From positions 35,030,001 through 35,094,000 of the forward strand of contig NC_043015.1 of the NCBI RefSeq assembly GCF_006345805.1: DNA of 64,000 bases, in the 5' to 3' direction. The translations under genes were made by a program, and so were the position numbers. The notes beneath the pieces are model-generated. The model was not told where the DNA came from, made no database searches, and saw only the letters and a program-made list of their open reading frames with translations. This DNA is from Octopus sinensis (lineage: Eukaryota). Positions 1-14,312 of the stretch are shown here, in pieces. Position 1 is the first letter of the stretch, and every line of letters starts with the position of its first letter.

Positions 1-1250
1 AATATAAATATACCATGTTGTTTACCTGGACTTTGCTAAGGCTTTTAACTCTGTGCCACACAAAAGACTTATGGTGAAGCTCTCTGCGTTGGGCGTAAAA
101 GACAAACTCTATAACTGGTTGAAGTCCTTTATTTTCAGCCGAAAAGAGGTTGTCACAGTTCTAGGACAGCACTCTTCACCCTATGAGATGACATCTGGTG
201 TACCACAGGGATCTGTTCTTGGCCCCCTTTTATTTGTTGCCTATGTTAATGACATAGATGCCAACTTAAAGAATGCCACAGTGCTGAAATATGCAGATGA
301 CATCAAGCTGTACCTCGAAATAAAGAGGTCAGATCCTGTACACTATAGATCTCTATTGCAAGCAGACCTGGACACAATGCAGCAGTGGATCATGGACTGG
401 CAACTCAAGCTGGCTGTGGACAAATGTACCACCATGCATTTTGGGAGGAGAAACCCAGCGTCCACCTATTCCCTCCACAACACTAATCTCAAAAAGTCTT
501 CGTGTGAACGTGACCTGGGTGTTATTGTCGACAGTGATTTGCATTGGACAAAACACATCACTAAAATTGCCAAGAAGGCTGAGGGTGTCTTGGCATCACT
601 CACCAAATCCTTTGTGAGCCGCTCTCCGGCTATCTATCTGCGGCTTTATATAGCTATGGTAAGACCTCACCTGGAATTTGCATCACCGGTCTGGAACCCC
701 TATCTCACCCAGGATATCAATTGTCTGGAAGCTGTTCAGTGACGTGCAACCAAAAGAATACCCTCCATCAGGCATTTGCCATATCCTGAACGCCTTACTT
801 CCCTGGGCATGGACACATTGAAACTCCGACGTCTGGCAGCTGACTTGGTAGACACCCATAAAATTATCAACCAGCTTACAAACAATAACTCTGAGCACCT
901 TTTCAAACTCCACCCATCTAACACCTGTGGACATATTTACAAAGTCAGAAAACAGCACAGCTCCCATGACTTCAGGAAACCTTTGTTTCAAACTGAGAGT
1001 TGCTGAAGCATGGAACAAACTGCTGGCATCAGTTGTTAGTTGTTGGAGCACTGCATCCTTCAAAACTTCCATGCTTTCTGAGATTCGCCAACACTACACT
1101 TGATTTTCTCCCCTCCATACACACACAAGCATGTATCTGACTCATGCATTGTTCGCTTTCCAGACATTTATACATTACTGCATATTCTCTGACAAGTTGT
1201 GGTGCACCTGAGCACTGTATACAATAATTTCATTATTATTATTATTATTT
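1..1250 (+). mobile_element. CR1/L2-clade LINE 3' part (RT, 3' UTR, (ATT)n tail), disrupted
   Basis: LDFAKAFNSVPH, GVPQGSVLGPLLF and YADD motifs. In-frame TGA at 740-742, late frameshift, tail ttcattattattattatt. Confidence 0.92.
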
Positions 1251-2439
1251 TATAACCAGAAAACAAAAGCTCTAAGAGTCCCAACATATATAAAAGACAT
1301 TAAATGAAACAAAACAGCACTCATAGGCACTACATCTGCCCAACATATAGTAATAGTAATATATAAATAATATATTACATTCATTTTAGATTATGGCAAT
1401 ACTGCTAGTTCCCCTAATTTCTACATAGTAAACTGTACAGTTCAGATCATCATAGTGTGTTTACAGATACATCCAAAGACCACTTATACAACAAAACAAA
1501 AATACTAAAAATAAAAGATCCTTAGAGTAGTTCATTTTGACACATGAAAACAATCCTGGGGCCACATTGACATTTAAGAAGAAACCTGCACAAAAAATTG
1601 TTTTGTGCTGATGAAGATTACCAGCTTCAACTACATGCACATAGCGTTCAAGCAACTTATGAAAAGGAGAATTTCCAAGACAATAGTTATTATACGTTGG
1701 TTACAACAAGCTACCTTTTGAAATCATTATTCTACGTTAGAATAAGCCTTGAAGCCAGCCTAGTATAAATGGACAAATTTGTCAGCCCTGCCTAGGCAGT
1801 AGCTTGACCGTATGCTGTAGGTCTGCTTGATAGAATACACCTGGAGCTACACAACAATATCAATATCACCAATCTCTACATGTCATCTATTAATTCATTA
1901 TCAAAAAGCAGGATTTTGCTTAAAATTTTTCAGAACTTCATTTAACATTTACTTGATATGCCTAATTCAGGTGTGAGAGCTTTTTATCAATTACACAAGA
2001 TGGCTTCCAATCAATACCATAGATGAATGCAGTTTTATTAAAAGAAAACTTTTACTGTCAGAACAGCAACAATATTTTCCCATACACTTAAGATTTAATA
2101 CAACTAAAATTACAGTTACTATCTGAAAAGCTTTATAGAAGACCTAATAAATCCTCCTTTAACTTACCATTTCTTATTATCAGTTTTTAATCACACACAT
2201 GCATCTAATAACAAGTTAATGACCTCATCAGATTCTCAATGATTTCTGTTAAACATTGAACTTTAGTAAATACATTTGTAAAATCCAAATGCAGCCTCCA
2301 CCCTAATAATACACAACTCTTAAAAATTCTTTTACATTAGTCACACCTCACTATTAATATCTATCTTTTAGGTTCACATGAAGCTGAAATTCCACATTAA
2401 ATACACAATCAGCCTTACTTCTATAAAACTGTTTCTTTT

Positions 2440-3125
2440 GAACCTTATAACCTGATGAACTTAATCTACAGAAATTGAATGAAATTTAATTTCTAACTTC
2501 CAAACTGTTAACCTCATCTTTCAAATGCACAGTCACAAAATGTGTAGCTAAGCCTTGTTTTGCTCTCCAGTCATCAAGTGTTTTATTCAGGGAGATGTAA
2601 TAATCCCCACAAAATCTAATCTTAATACAAAATACCACTTTGCAAAGATTTTCTCGGTGGAAGGAATTCCACCTCAACAATTCCTTTATTGGATCCAGTG
2701 ACTAAGGACAGCATTAGGAGGAACCATGTCCTGTTTCAGACCCTACCTCTCTACCATTTTCAATGTTCCCCTCTCCCCTATCAGAGGTGTCTTCAGCTCT
2801 GGTGTTGAGTGCAGTTTTTCCTTTTTTCTTTGGGTTTTTGTTCTTTAGTTTCTTCAATGCAACATCAATGAATGTCAGCAGGTGAATGACCACCCTGGCA
2901 AATTTCCTTTTAAATAGTCGCTGGTAGGTACCAGCAACTAGTGCCAGTTAACTGTCACAACACAATCTAAGCTTCAACTGAACAATGGAATGGAAAAGCG
3001 CGTAGTTTTGGCTCACGCTTTCTCTAGACCTACTTTCCAACAGAGTCCTGTTAGTTTCCGCTCCAGCAGCCAGAGCTGACTAGCTGTCTTGTGGTACTAG
3101 CCGATTTCAAGAATTTCAGAAATTA
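2440..3125 (-). mobile_element. Possible non-LTR retrotransposon 5' UTR/ORF1 remnant
   Basis: Relatively GC-rich leader followed by a decayed K-rich, ORF1-like frame. No diagnostic motif. Confidence 0.25.
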
Positions 3126-3916
3126 TTAAATTTGAACAAATGTTCGATCCAGAATAGACACTAGATCATTATCAATGGATAATTGCCAAACTATAGTTTC
3201 CTTCAGTTTGTCTAGTTTGCAGTGGATATTTGCTTCATTTTTTTTTTTTTTTGGCTTCTGTTTCTGTTTATTTAGACACTTAATTTCTTGCTTTAAACTG
3301 ATTATACAAATATAAATATATACACACTGGATAATTGTATTTCTTTTCTTACTCATAGAGCTACACTATAAAATTTTAATATTTCATCCCTTGAACAATC
3401 TATATAATCTCATACCTTAAACTACACATGCTGGTTTCACATTTACATATTTTGTACCAAGCTAAATACTGCTTTTAAACAATCTTATGAAGGATCTTAT
3501 CTTGTCTCGGATATTAGATACCTATGGATAACATTTCTACATTATAAATGTTCATTCATCCATTGCCTTGTTATCATGCAGTTAGAAAAACAAATAAGAT
3601 TGGAAAAAAATTTTTTTTTTTAAATTTCACAGTTCAATGTTATTGAAATTATTAAAAACCAATAGAAGTTTTGATGTTGCTGTAGATTTGCTTATCTGAC
3701 TGATCAGTGTTGTGTTTAAAGTAGTCTACTAATATTTTTGTTTGTATAATCTAATAAAGTTTAGTTTCACAGTCTCTTATACTTACATTCTACAGTTTTC
3801 TGTGAGAATACCTATTTAAAAACATATGCAATTCTAACAGAGTAATAAAATCAGATATTCATAGAATGAAAAAGAAATGTAAGATTTATGACATGAAGGT
3901 GAAAACAGTAACTTAC

Positions 3917-4015
3917 TTTCTTTAGAGTAAGAACCCGCAGCATACAAGGACATGTCAACAGGGCTAGGTGCAATACATGATATAATTCCAGACTGGCCAT
4001 TTTTTCTTTTCTTTG
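3917..4015 (-). CDS. WRAP53: WRAP53 exon 7 (KKRKNGQSGIISCIAPSPVDMSLYAAGSYSKE); later exons lie left of the window
   Basis: atatcag acceptor, gtaagt donor. GQSGIISCIA motif matches human. Confidence 0.93.
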
Positions 4016-4599
4016 CTGATATTATAAAAATAAAATGGCTATATGTAATCTATTGTCTCTCATTCTTTCTCTCTCTCCAAGTCAGTTTGAAAGTAAATTA
4101 TTTAAAGAATATTTATACATGCTAAACATACCAAAGCGAACTGCTGAACACATTAATACTTATTTATTGCCGAATATTAAGAAAATATAAACCTAAGTTC
4201 TTATCTACACTCTTGTATACAGTTTATGACTCATCAAAGTTCAAGCTGCGTATCTCTTCAATATCTCAATTAATGGACAAAAAAAAAAATAATAATCAAA
4301 TTAGATATAAAAAAAATTGCTCTTATTAGCATTATAAACAAGTTATAATATCATTTGTTTTCCACTTCAATTTCTGCTTAGAGTTAGGAAAACTAATATT
4401 TAAAAGTAACAGATCAGCTCTTTTCACTTTGAGATGAGATCAATGGGATATAAATGTCTGGTTACAATTACTAGATGCAATTATATATAAATTGCTCTTG
4501 TTGAACTTATGTTAATCATAAAGCTGCTTAATAAGAAAACTTAAAGCTATAATTATTTTACACATAAAAATACAACATGACAATTGAAAATATTTTATC

Positions 4600-7340
4600 A
4601 TTATTTGTGTTTAGCAAAGATTTCGATAAGGCAATTTTGGTTGATATTTGAAATTACATTTGTTACAACTGCTGCTGTTAAAGCAAATTTTGAAGAACTT
4701 AAAGCATCTTTAGAAAGAATTTATTCTTTCTTAGAATACAATATATTCAGAAAATTGGTGAAATAACTGTTATTATATCATAATTTTAATTTGGTAGGTA
4801 TAGAAAAAACTAACTTTCTAATGAAAAATGGAATTGCTTGAAAATTGTTTTGATAATTTCATGTTTCTTTTTATATTTTTGTGGTGCTGATTCAAAATAT
4901 GAAAAAAGCTCTTCCCCATTACCTAAGGTTTAATTTAATGATTTGTAGGAAAACCCACATATGACAAGACAAAAATAAAACCAATAAAAATGAATTTGGT
5001 ACTTTATTTAACAAAATAAAATGGTGCAAATGCAAGTGAAAGGTGAGAAAGTAGGTTTTTTTATAAGGATTCCATTCATTTTTTAGGTTCAACACCTCAA
5101 AATCTCTTCTTTTTTTACTTGGAAACTATGCTTGGAATTCTTTTACGTGGATGGACATTCACGACGTAACATGTAGTAGTAGTCAGTCATTATATTGACA
5201 ATCCATCTTCCCTGATATCTTCTTTCTATCTCCTTCATGTCATGAAACATTCCCCCCTGTTCTTCACTCACATCCCACAGATTTCCTGGAAAGAAATCCA
5301 AGGGGGCATGTAGGAAATGAACTTTAATGCTCACTTTACATTCTGAGGGCCTCAAAATTCTTCTCACAATGGTCTTTGTAGCTTGAATCCTTGTGACTAA
5401 CCAAGAAGATCTTCCCCACATCTTTAAAACAAACTAATCCATGCATCTTTTACAGAATCACTAAGAGAGTTTTCAAAATTTTCATCCTTGACAAGTTTCC
5501 TTATATCTGGTTCTACATATACACCAGTGCTTCCCAAACTTTTTTGGGCTGCTAACCCCTTGACACCCAGGCCACACTCCTAGTGCCCCCACCCCAACTA
5601 ACCATCACAAACACAGACCTCTTTCTGAAGCAAATTCAAAGCAACTGTATTTCACAAACAAAACTTAACCTAGTAAACCCACTAGTTTGTTGTTTTTACA
5701 CAAATACCTACCCCATTATTGCCTCACTTTTTACATGAATTGCTAAGCCATTATCATCCCATTTTTCTTCAATGCCCCCTTGGAACCCCCCCCCCTCAGG
5801 GGGGCAATATCACCCACTTTGGGAACCACTGATATATATCCTCTTCAGAACCACTGATATATACCCTCTTCAACTTCAGTCTCTGACAGATCAGAAAACA
5901 TCATCATTGTTTAACATCTGTCTGCCATGGGTGGGACGGTTTCACAAGAGCAGGCCAAGCTGAAGCCTGCACCAAACTTCTGTGATTATTTTGGCAAGAT
6001 TTTTACAGTTGATGCCCTTCTTAACACCAACTAGTCACCGGAGTGGACTTAGTGCTTTTTATGTGACACAAGCACAGATGAGGTGAGTAGTGCTTTTTAC
6101 AGCACACGAGTACAGGCGAGGTCAGTTTTGGCAAGATTTTTACAGCTGGGTACCTTTCTGAACATCAACCACTTTACAGTGTGGACTGGGTGCTTTTAAG
6201 TGGCACCTGTACTGACAGGATCCCCAAGTACTTGCAAGACATAAAGAAAAAAACAACTTTTGAGATGGGAGGAGGCATTGGCGGAGGTGATGATAAAAAG
6301 ATTATAATGAGACAGATACAGGTGTCTTGCTGTAGATGAAGTACAAGGTTACCCAGCCGGAGAGAGAAAGAGCAGGAATGAAGACAGAAACAGGCGTGCA
6401 CCTGCAAAGGAAATACACAGTTACCTAACCTGATGGAAGTGCAGGAGGAGGAGGAGAGAGAGAGAGAGAGAGAGAGTGGGAGGCAGCAGGATAGAGATGA
6501 TGGCAAAATGCTAGGCATACTCACAAGGAATGGGGATCAGAATATAAATGGGATAGTTGAGTAAAGGAAGAGAAATATGTTACACAAATACCTGAAGCCT
6601 TCCCCATCTTGCAACAAAGTTTTAAAGAATTCTTTCATGAGGCTAAGTTTTATATGTAGAGTAGGCAAAAGAACTCTTTTCAGGTCAACCAAACTTTCTC
6701 GAAGGATATTCTTTTTTCCTCGTGTAAGTGTGTCCCTAGTTGGCTATTCTTTTTTAAACCAATGGAGGTTCCTGGATCTGCTGTCCCATTTACATGAGAA
6801 ACAGGAAAACTTTGTGTAGTCTGACTGTTGTCCAAACAACATGCAAATTAGTTTCAAGTCACCTCCTCCAATGCCTCCTCCCATTTAATTCACACGGGTT
6901 GAATAGTTGAGTTCTTCACTTTCACTGCTATTGAAGTCTTCATCATTGCTGTTTCTGTCTTCTGACTCAGAACTCGTGTGTGTCTCCAAGGTTTCCTGAT
7001 GGAGACGAGACTGGAACATCTGGTCCATGAGCAATGCAGCAGATGGCAGATTTGGATAAATAGTCTTTTTACCACTCTTCAAATTGTGTGCCTGCATCTT
7101 ACTGTGATCTTCAGGCTCTCTCCATATCACTGGAAGGCCAAATCAAAAAGACTTCTTTGTACATTTTGCCCAGTGATTTAGTTCTTCAACAGAAATTGAG
7201 TAGGCCTTAATTTCACACCAAACTAGGCAGAGTCAATTTTTTTTACAAATTCAGTAATGTTTCTCTGATGATTTTTAGTCATAAACTTCCGAAAAATGTA
7301 ACAAAAGTTATCCATGCTTGCTGTATATCTTCTAGAAGAC
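4600..7340 (-). mobile_element. Chapaev3-like (CMC) DNA transposon remnant, interrupted by later insertions
   Basis: SIKVHFLHAPLDFFPGNLWDVSEEQGGMFH...ERRYQGRW (5143-5421) and MIWREPEDH...YPNLPSA (6885-7130) match remembered motifs of this transposase family. Confidence 0.65.
5525..5831. mobile_element. hAT-type MITE
   Basis: TIRs CAGTGCTTCCCAAA / TTTGGGAACCACTG; imperfect 8-bp flanks atatacac / atatatat. Confidence 0.7.
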
Positions 7341-8060
7341 ATCCTTACTTCAAATGAAGGAAAGGAAAGGGGAAGGGGACATTTGTTAAACAGCCTATAT
7401 TTGATTCACCATCTAAATGTATACATAATATCATTAAAGATGCATTGAAATGTAACATATGATACAATAAAACAATGTATGTAGCATATACACACTAAAA
7501 AAGGATGAGGAAAAAATACATTTCAGCCTAAGCTTGTAAAGCATGTCTTTCTCTCTTCCCTGCTTGGAGGTGACTGAAGCTTGTGATGCCAGCACTTCCC
7601 TGTGTAGCTGAAGTAGTCGAAATGTTGCCAGATGTTGATTTTTCAAAATTATGCCTATTAGTTATACTGTTATTTAAATATGGCAATTAATGATAATAAT
7701 AAAAGACAATAGTCAAATATGGGCATAATAGTAAGATGCAATGATTGATTTTGTGAAGAAACTGTAGGTAATAGGATAATTTCTTTGTAATTTTTGAAAT
7801 CAGCTTGTAAAAATTGATCAATTTCACCTCATAAATGTGAAAAATTGTTTGGAATTTTCAGGTGCAAAAACACACGTAATGTTGATACAACATGGTAATT
7901 TGGTTTTAAGTGATTTTCATTTGTAAGTGCACAATTATGGTGCACATGATGATGATGATGACTTCATAAAGTTAGATTTATAAAAATATATATTCAGTTT
8001 TTACCTTTACCTTACTATTTACTTATTACAAATACAAACAAAAAACAATGAAATACTTAC

Positions 8061-8193
8061 AATATGTTGCTTGTTCGGTACAAAACCGACCTGGTTGACT
8101 GACATCAAATATTCTTAACATCTTGTTAAAACCACAAAAAAGTTTATTCCCATCCAAACTGAATGCCAAGCTATGTGCTGATGTAATTTCATC
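8061..8193 (-). CDS. WRAP53: WRAP53 exon 6 ([38 protein letters not shown]...)
   Basis: ttttaaag acceptor, gtaagt donor. Matches human [24 protein letters not shown]. Confidence 0.95.
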
Positions 8194-11036
8194 CTTTAAA
8201 ATTGAAAAGTGATATGTTTACAAAGATATTTTGTCATATGTTAATGAAAAAGGGAAGAAAATGTTACTATTCCATTTTTTTGCTCATTTTCTGTTGTCAG
8301 TTTTCTTAGCACACATTTTACAACTTTGCCAACAAGTCTATACTGAAATTTTTCATATGAGAAGAAAATGTTTCTGTGTTTTGAATCAATATTTAGCCTG
8401 AATCATTGAAAGTTGGTAATTAGTACAATGAGTCCTGGAGCAATGATATACAAATGGGTAATGATTGCATTAGTTACTTGATTTGCAGCTTTGAAAGAGA
8501 TATAGAAAAGGTAAGTAGAGAAATAAATGTTATTGAAAAAAATGAGATGAACAAACAAACTAAATATTTATCATTCCAGATGTCAGGAATGTCTTACCAT
8601 TTCAAATATAGGAGAAATAATTCTTGCAGATCAAACACTGGCCATAAATTGTCATATTAAGCACACTGGAAGTATTCTTTAAAATGTATAGAAAAGAGTT
8701 TTGCAAATACTAGTAGTTAGTGTACACCAATCAATGCCACTAATATTAAACAGTTTTCTCAGTTCACTTGCAGCCTAAAGTTTACATATTCAAATCTTGC
8801 CGACTTCAATGAATGTTTCACTACACCACATTAAATTGACTAAGAATTATTGCTAAAGGGTTAGCACTTATAGAGGAACGTCTGAAGATTTTTCGAATAA
8901 TGATCCTAAACATGAATGTAGCATAAAATTTACAAGAAGAGTTTGCAATAAGCTCAGTTCCCATATTGATAAGTCTGTTTGCCATTCATCTGCCATCTTG
9001 TTACTGCTGTCTGCCAATGTTCACTCAAAGCTCCCTGTCAAGTAGTCAAGGGGTGCCAGACTTACACTGATAGCCTAGGCCCAGAAAGATGAAATCATTG
9101 CTGGAGCAACATAGTGATTGGACTGCTGAATATTCTCATTACATGGCTCTCCAGGCAGTAAAATGCCCATTCATAGTGAATTGAATGAAATGATGACAAC
9201 AGTGCAGGAATTGCAAGATACAATAATTTGTGTAAAGGAGCATGAATTAGAAAAGATTAAAAATGTTGGTTAAATGGTAGCCCAAAGTATGATTTTAGAA
9301 ATACTAGAAAAGAAGATCTGATGAAGATACATATATGCAAGCCAGACGAGTGCAGCTAAATGTATAAGTGAGTGAATGAGGGAGTGAGTGACTCATACAT
9401 AGTCATGTGCATGGACACCAGAGTGTTGGTGTCATGTATACCAGTGGGTTGTTAGTTGCATATTCATGTGCATCTGAATATGCACATTGAATACCATGGG
9501 TTGGTATTGTGAACTTATTCAGCTATTTCCAAGCTTAGGAATATAAGTAGCTGAAATCAGGTTGCATCCATAGTAATTCTATGTAGAATGCTAGCAATGA
9601 ATGTGTTTGCGACGTGTCTATGTGCATATTATGCAAGTGTGGGGCGTTTGTGTGCATGCTAAATATAAATGTATGCATGTCAAGTGTGTGCAATGTAAAC
9701 AGAAAGAAAGGGAAATCAGTAAGAAAGAAAATAGTAATCTTGATGAAGAAAATGGTCTTTTTTATTACTGCACTGGAAATATCCATGTTGTCACCAGAAT
9801 AGATGGAGGCATGAGTGGAAGATATTGTTTGTTCAGATGGTGAGGTCGATGTCATTAGAGATGCAAGATGAACTAATTGCAGGCATTCAATGCTAATGGA
9901 GTCTTTTTTGACAATGAGCCACAAAGAAAATAGGATGAATAGGAATTTACTGAGTATGTTGGTTGATAACGATGCTGCTGCAGGTACTGACATCTAGGTA
10001 GTGTTGCTGAAAACGTTTGAAGTGCTGAGAAGAAGTGTGTTTGATACACAATCACTAGAGTATGAATGACAGAGATGATTGTGAAGCAGCAAGGCTACAA
10101 TGGCAGAGAAAATTCTTCCAGAGACATATCAGTGTTCATATAAACTTGCAAAATGTTGGTAAATTGTGTAGCAGTAGTGTCCAGCAGATGGAGCCATTGG
10201 TGAGTTGTTTCTAAGCCATATCATATTCTTCCTTCAGCATTGGCTGCAAAGATGTTCTTTAAATGTGTGTGGCATCAGTTGTACGAAGAACACTGGAGAA
10301 GGTGAGATTTATGATAAACAAGATTTTATTCTTTCCATACACAAAAAACAAATACTGTCATTACTACACATGAGAAAACATCAAGAGGCAGTTGAAATGT
10401 TATTGGTCTTGGTGTAATTTCAGTAGTAGTCAAAAAGTTAACTGACAGTTATTGTGTTGCTATTGCCAAGCATTCATTGTTTGTTGTCAGCTTGAGTCAA
10501 CAGCTACCATGCCTGTCTGCCATCTCATCTCTGCTGTCTCTCAATTGTTGAATTTAATACTGATGGTTAGGCTCAGAAAGCGCGCAAAAAGTTGAAATTG
10601 TCACTGGAGCCTATTCCATGTGAAGTTGTGATAAGTTAGATTTTGTTGATCACATGGGTAATATTCTAGTGAACTGCAATATCAAATATAGTGATTGGAT
10701 TGCTGAAAACTCCTGCTACACTCCCATTGTTTTGATGCACCATTTTCTATCATTAATAGAGCAGTCTGAATTTTTGACGACACAGGTATGCTTGTAGATT
10801 ATATAATGTTTATAAGATGGTAATTATTGCACAGGTAGCCATCACTAACAGACATGCTAACTTTATCCTATTTGAATGATACAATTTTATGAATATAAAT
10901 GAATAATAAAATGCAATGAGATTTTTTAATGAAGAATAACTTATTAAATCTCACCAAAAATTACTGAGTTTAAAAAGTGTGCTTTTTTAATGAATTTTCT
11001 TAGGGAATAAAATCAGAAATCTGAAATACTACTTAC

Positions 11037-11127
11037 AGCTTGATCATAAGCTCTATATGTACAACGTAATTCCCCTGTAAAAGCATCCCACAAATGGACT
11101 GGATTATTTTTGGATGTACTAGCTAAG
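11037..11127 (-). CDS. WRAP53: WRAP53 exon 5 ([30 protein letters not shown])
   Basis: ttttgtag acceptor, gtaagt donor. WDAFTGELR motif; phases are consistent with neighbouring exons. Confidence 0.95.
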
Positions 11128-11848
11128 CTACAAAAGCAGAAAGAATTATAGAAATATTGTTAGTGAAAAAAAAAATCATAATTCAGAGAATATATTTTTA
11201 TTCATACTTTACTAAAAATAATAATGGAGTTGAACTCTCTAGAGAGAACAATGGATTATGGTATTAACCCAACTAATCCACTTAGCTTCAATATTGATAA
11301 ACCATAAACTGACTGAAACTATTTTAAGCAAACATGAGGTCCAAATTTATTCATTCAGTAGTGTAAGTTTGATAATGAGTACCCACAAATAATAATTATG
11401 AAATACCCATACAACAAATCACCGAATGATACTCCTGCTGCTGCTGCTACTACTACTACTACCACCACTACTAACTTGTGTTCCTAGATGAACATTAGCA
11501 ATACCAGTTAGCCAGAAATAAGAATTGTATGAACCAAAACATTACATTTTTTCTTCTCTTCAATGCATTTATTGTAATCAAATAACTGGTCAATTAAATA
11601 ATACTTTTATATTTCTAAAAAGGAACAACAAATTACACTTAAAAATACAATTATTTTCCATAAATGTTCCACAAATTTTTATCAAATTCCTTTTTTAGCA
11701 GCTTTTTTTTCCCAGTATAAAATCATGACTGATTGTTCAGCCAAATAGCAAATATTCAGAAAATGAGTTCTATTGGGAAACCTCATGCTACAATGTTACA
11801 TTATCAATTGAGAAAGAAAGGAATCAGTCTACAGTCTAAAATGCTCAC

Positions 11849-11937
11849 CAACAAGTGTCTGGAGAAGCTGATGACATTCCTGGATACCAGCAGTAGTCAT
11901 AAATTGTTCCTGATTCAAACATCTTCAGGACTGCATC
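11849..11937 (-). CDS. WRAP53: WRAP53 exon 4 ([29 protein letters not shown])
   Basis: ttccatag acceptor, gtgag donor. TIYDYCWY motif is identical to human WRAP53. Confidence 0.95.
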
Positions 11938-12039
11938 CTATGGAATAGAAAATATTACCAAAGATAGTCATTTTTTTAATCTTCAAGACAGTTTTTGTGT
12001 GTGGAAGATGCACACATGCAATAAACACTAAAGATGTAC

Positions 12040-12980
12040 AGAAAACAGACTCCATCACATGCCAAGGGGAAAAACTAGAAGTAGTTGATAGCTTCCGTTA
12101 CCTAGGTGACCAAGTTAGTAGTGGGGGGTGGATGCTCTGAGAATGTAGCTGTAAGAATAAGAATAGGCTGGGCAAAGTTCAGAGAGCTCCTACCTCTGCT
12201 GGTGACAAAGAGCCTCTCGCTCTGAGTGAAAGGTAGACTGTATAATGCAGGAGTGCAAACAGCCATGCTACATGGCAGTGAAACATGGCATGCAACTGCT
12301 GAGGACATGCATAGGCATGAAAGAAATGAAGCTAGTATGCCCCAATGGATGTGTAATGTGTGCAAACACAACAGAGTGTAAGCACCCTGAGAGAAAAGTT
12401 GGACATAAGAAGCATGAGATGTGGTGTGCAAGAGAGACAACCGTGCTAATATGGTCATGTGTTGTGTATGGATGAGGGCAGCTGTGTGAAAAAGTGTTAC
12501 ACCCTAACAGTGGAGGGAACCTGTGGAAGAGGTAGTCCCAGGAAGATATGGGATGAAGTGGTGAAGTACGACCTTCAAACATTGGGCCTCACAGAGGCAA
12601 TGACAAGTGACCGAGGCCGTTGAAAAGACATGGCTAACTGAGTGAGATTGTGGCCAATGCCAGTGTCCCATAACTGGCCCATTTAAAAGTATTCTTCAAT
12701 CGTCGGGCAATATGCTGTACTTCAGAAGAGCTGTTGAGTTAAGTGAAATCATAGTCATGGCCAATGCCAGCGCTGCCTCACTGGCACCTGTGCCGGTGGC
12801 ACATAAAAAGCACCCACTACACTCTCAGAGTGGTTGGTGCTAGGAAGGGCATCCAGCTGTAGAAACCTTGCCAGATCAGATTGGAGCCAGGTGCAGCCTC
12901 CTGGCTTGCCAGTTTTCAGTCAAACCATCCAACCCATGCCAGCATGGAAAGCAGACGTTAAATGATGATGATGATGATAA
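12040..12980 (+). mobile_element. RTE LINE 3' fragment with 3' UTR and (GAT)n tail
   Basis: EVVDSFRYLGD, GWAKFRELLPLL and GRGSPRKIWDEVV motifs; tail ...gacgttaaatgatgatgat. Confidence 0.85.
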
Positions 12981-14312
12981 TGAATAATGAGTGGTACATT
13001 TAATCCTGGATGGTAAACTTAATCTTGGGTATCAGACTCAATCCATCACTTACTTCAACAGCACCACCTGGCATTTTCAGTGCCTTTAACAGAATCCTGT
13101 CTGTTGCAAGCATTTGGAACAAGCCTCTAGTTTGAAGATACCCTCTTTCCTCTTACTAGTATCAGAGGTTCTGTAGAGGGTCATGGACACTGCTTTCCCT
13201 CTGTAGAATGTCATGGACATTTCTACATTGTATACACACCTCCAGTCAGTTCTGATCATATTTTGTGGTAGTATTGCTGTCACTGTCAATTGTACCAATA
13301 TCATCCTTTTAGGTCAAATTTTCATGCCGTCATGGGTTTGATGCCCAAGTTAGTGACTTATTTAGAGATACTACCCTCTTATATAGGTTGGAGAACTGCA
13401 CCTTGACTGCATGTTGCAGTTTGGAATTATCATCATTATACCATATGAGCTTTAAGAGAATGTAGTCATCATCATCATTTACATCCACTACCCTTACTGG
13501 CATAGGGTGAACAGATCACCCCCATGATGATCTGAGTCAGTTTTATGCAAAGTTATTGCCCTGATGGATGTGTCAGTGGACCACAGCTTCCTCAGACATC
13601 TCAGTCTACAGCTAGATGTCTTTCATAACACCAACCACTTTACAGAGTGTACTGGGTGCATTTTACCAAGGCATCAGCAACTAAACAGGTTGTCATGTAC
13701 TAGACAAGACTAAAAAGTCCTCTCATGTACATATTATAACTGTTTGATCTGCCTATGACTTTACTGCATGTACAGAGTGCATTTTATCATGCATTGACTC
13801 TAGTGAGATCATCTTATAACTCATCAGATTATAGTGAGAGAGAAAATAGAAGAGATGGTAACAGCATATGCTGACTTAAGATGAGGTACTGAGGAAGTGA
13901 AAATATGGGAGGAACAAATTTACTATTGTTAGAAGTTGGTAGAGATAGAAGGAAGAGAAGAGACAGTGCAGAGAAAAGTAGTAGAAGAAAACCAGGGGTT
14001 AGAGAGAGATGAATAGGGGAAGTAAATAGAAGTGGGTAAGATGAATAAAGGAAGATTCAGTGCTATTTTGTGAACAAGTGGGCCTGGGGTAGTGGTGGAG
14101 GTGCATGATAGAGGGGAAAAGAGGGTAACAAGAAAACAGAAAAGCTATGCAGAAAGAGTCGGTGAAAGTAAGAGGCAGGAGGCTGGTGTAGAAGAGGTGA
14201 GAGATAGAGGAAGAGTCTAATGAGTGCATCCATCTCAGTCACCCTTGTTTTATTATGAGTGCAGGTCTTCTTACATCTTATCAACTAACACAGTCTTTTA
14301 TCAGCAAACCTC

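Noticed and set aside
1461-1655. Short minus-strand ORF in line with WRAP53, candidate next exon
   Set aside because: Lacks the expected GH.GG.TH / SG.RKD WD40 motifs and clear splice sites; the next WRAP53 exon is probably outside the window.
9550-10450. Possible Kolobok- or piggyBac-like transposase relic (NTGEGEIY ~ IGDGD; Cys-rich stretch)
   Set aside because: Matches are too short and frame-broken to support a call without a profile search.
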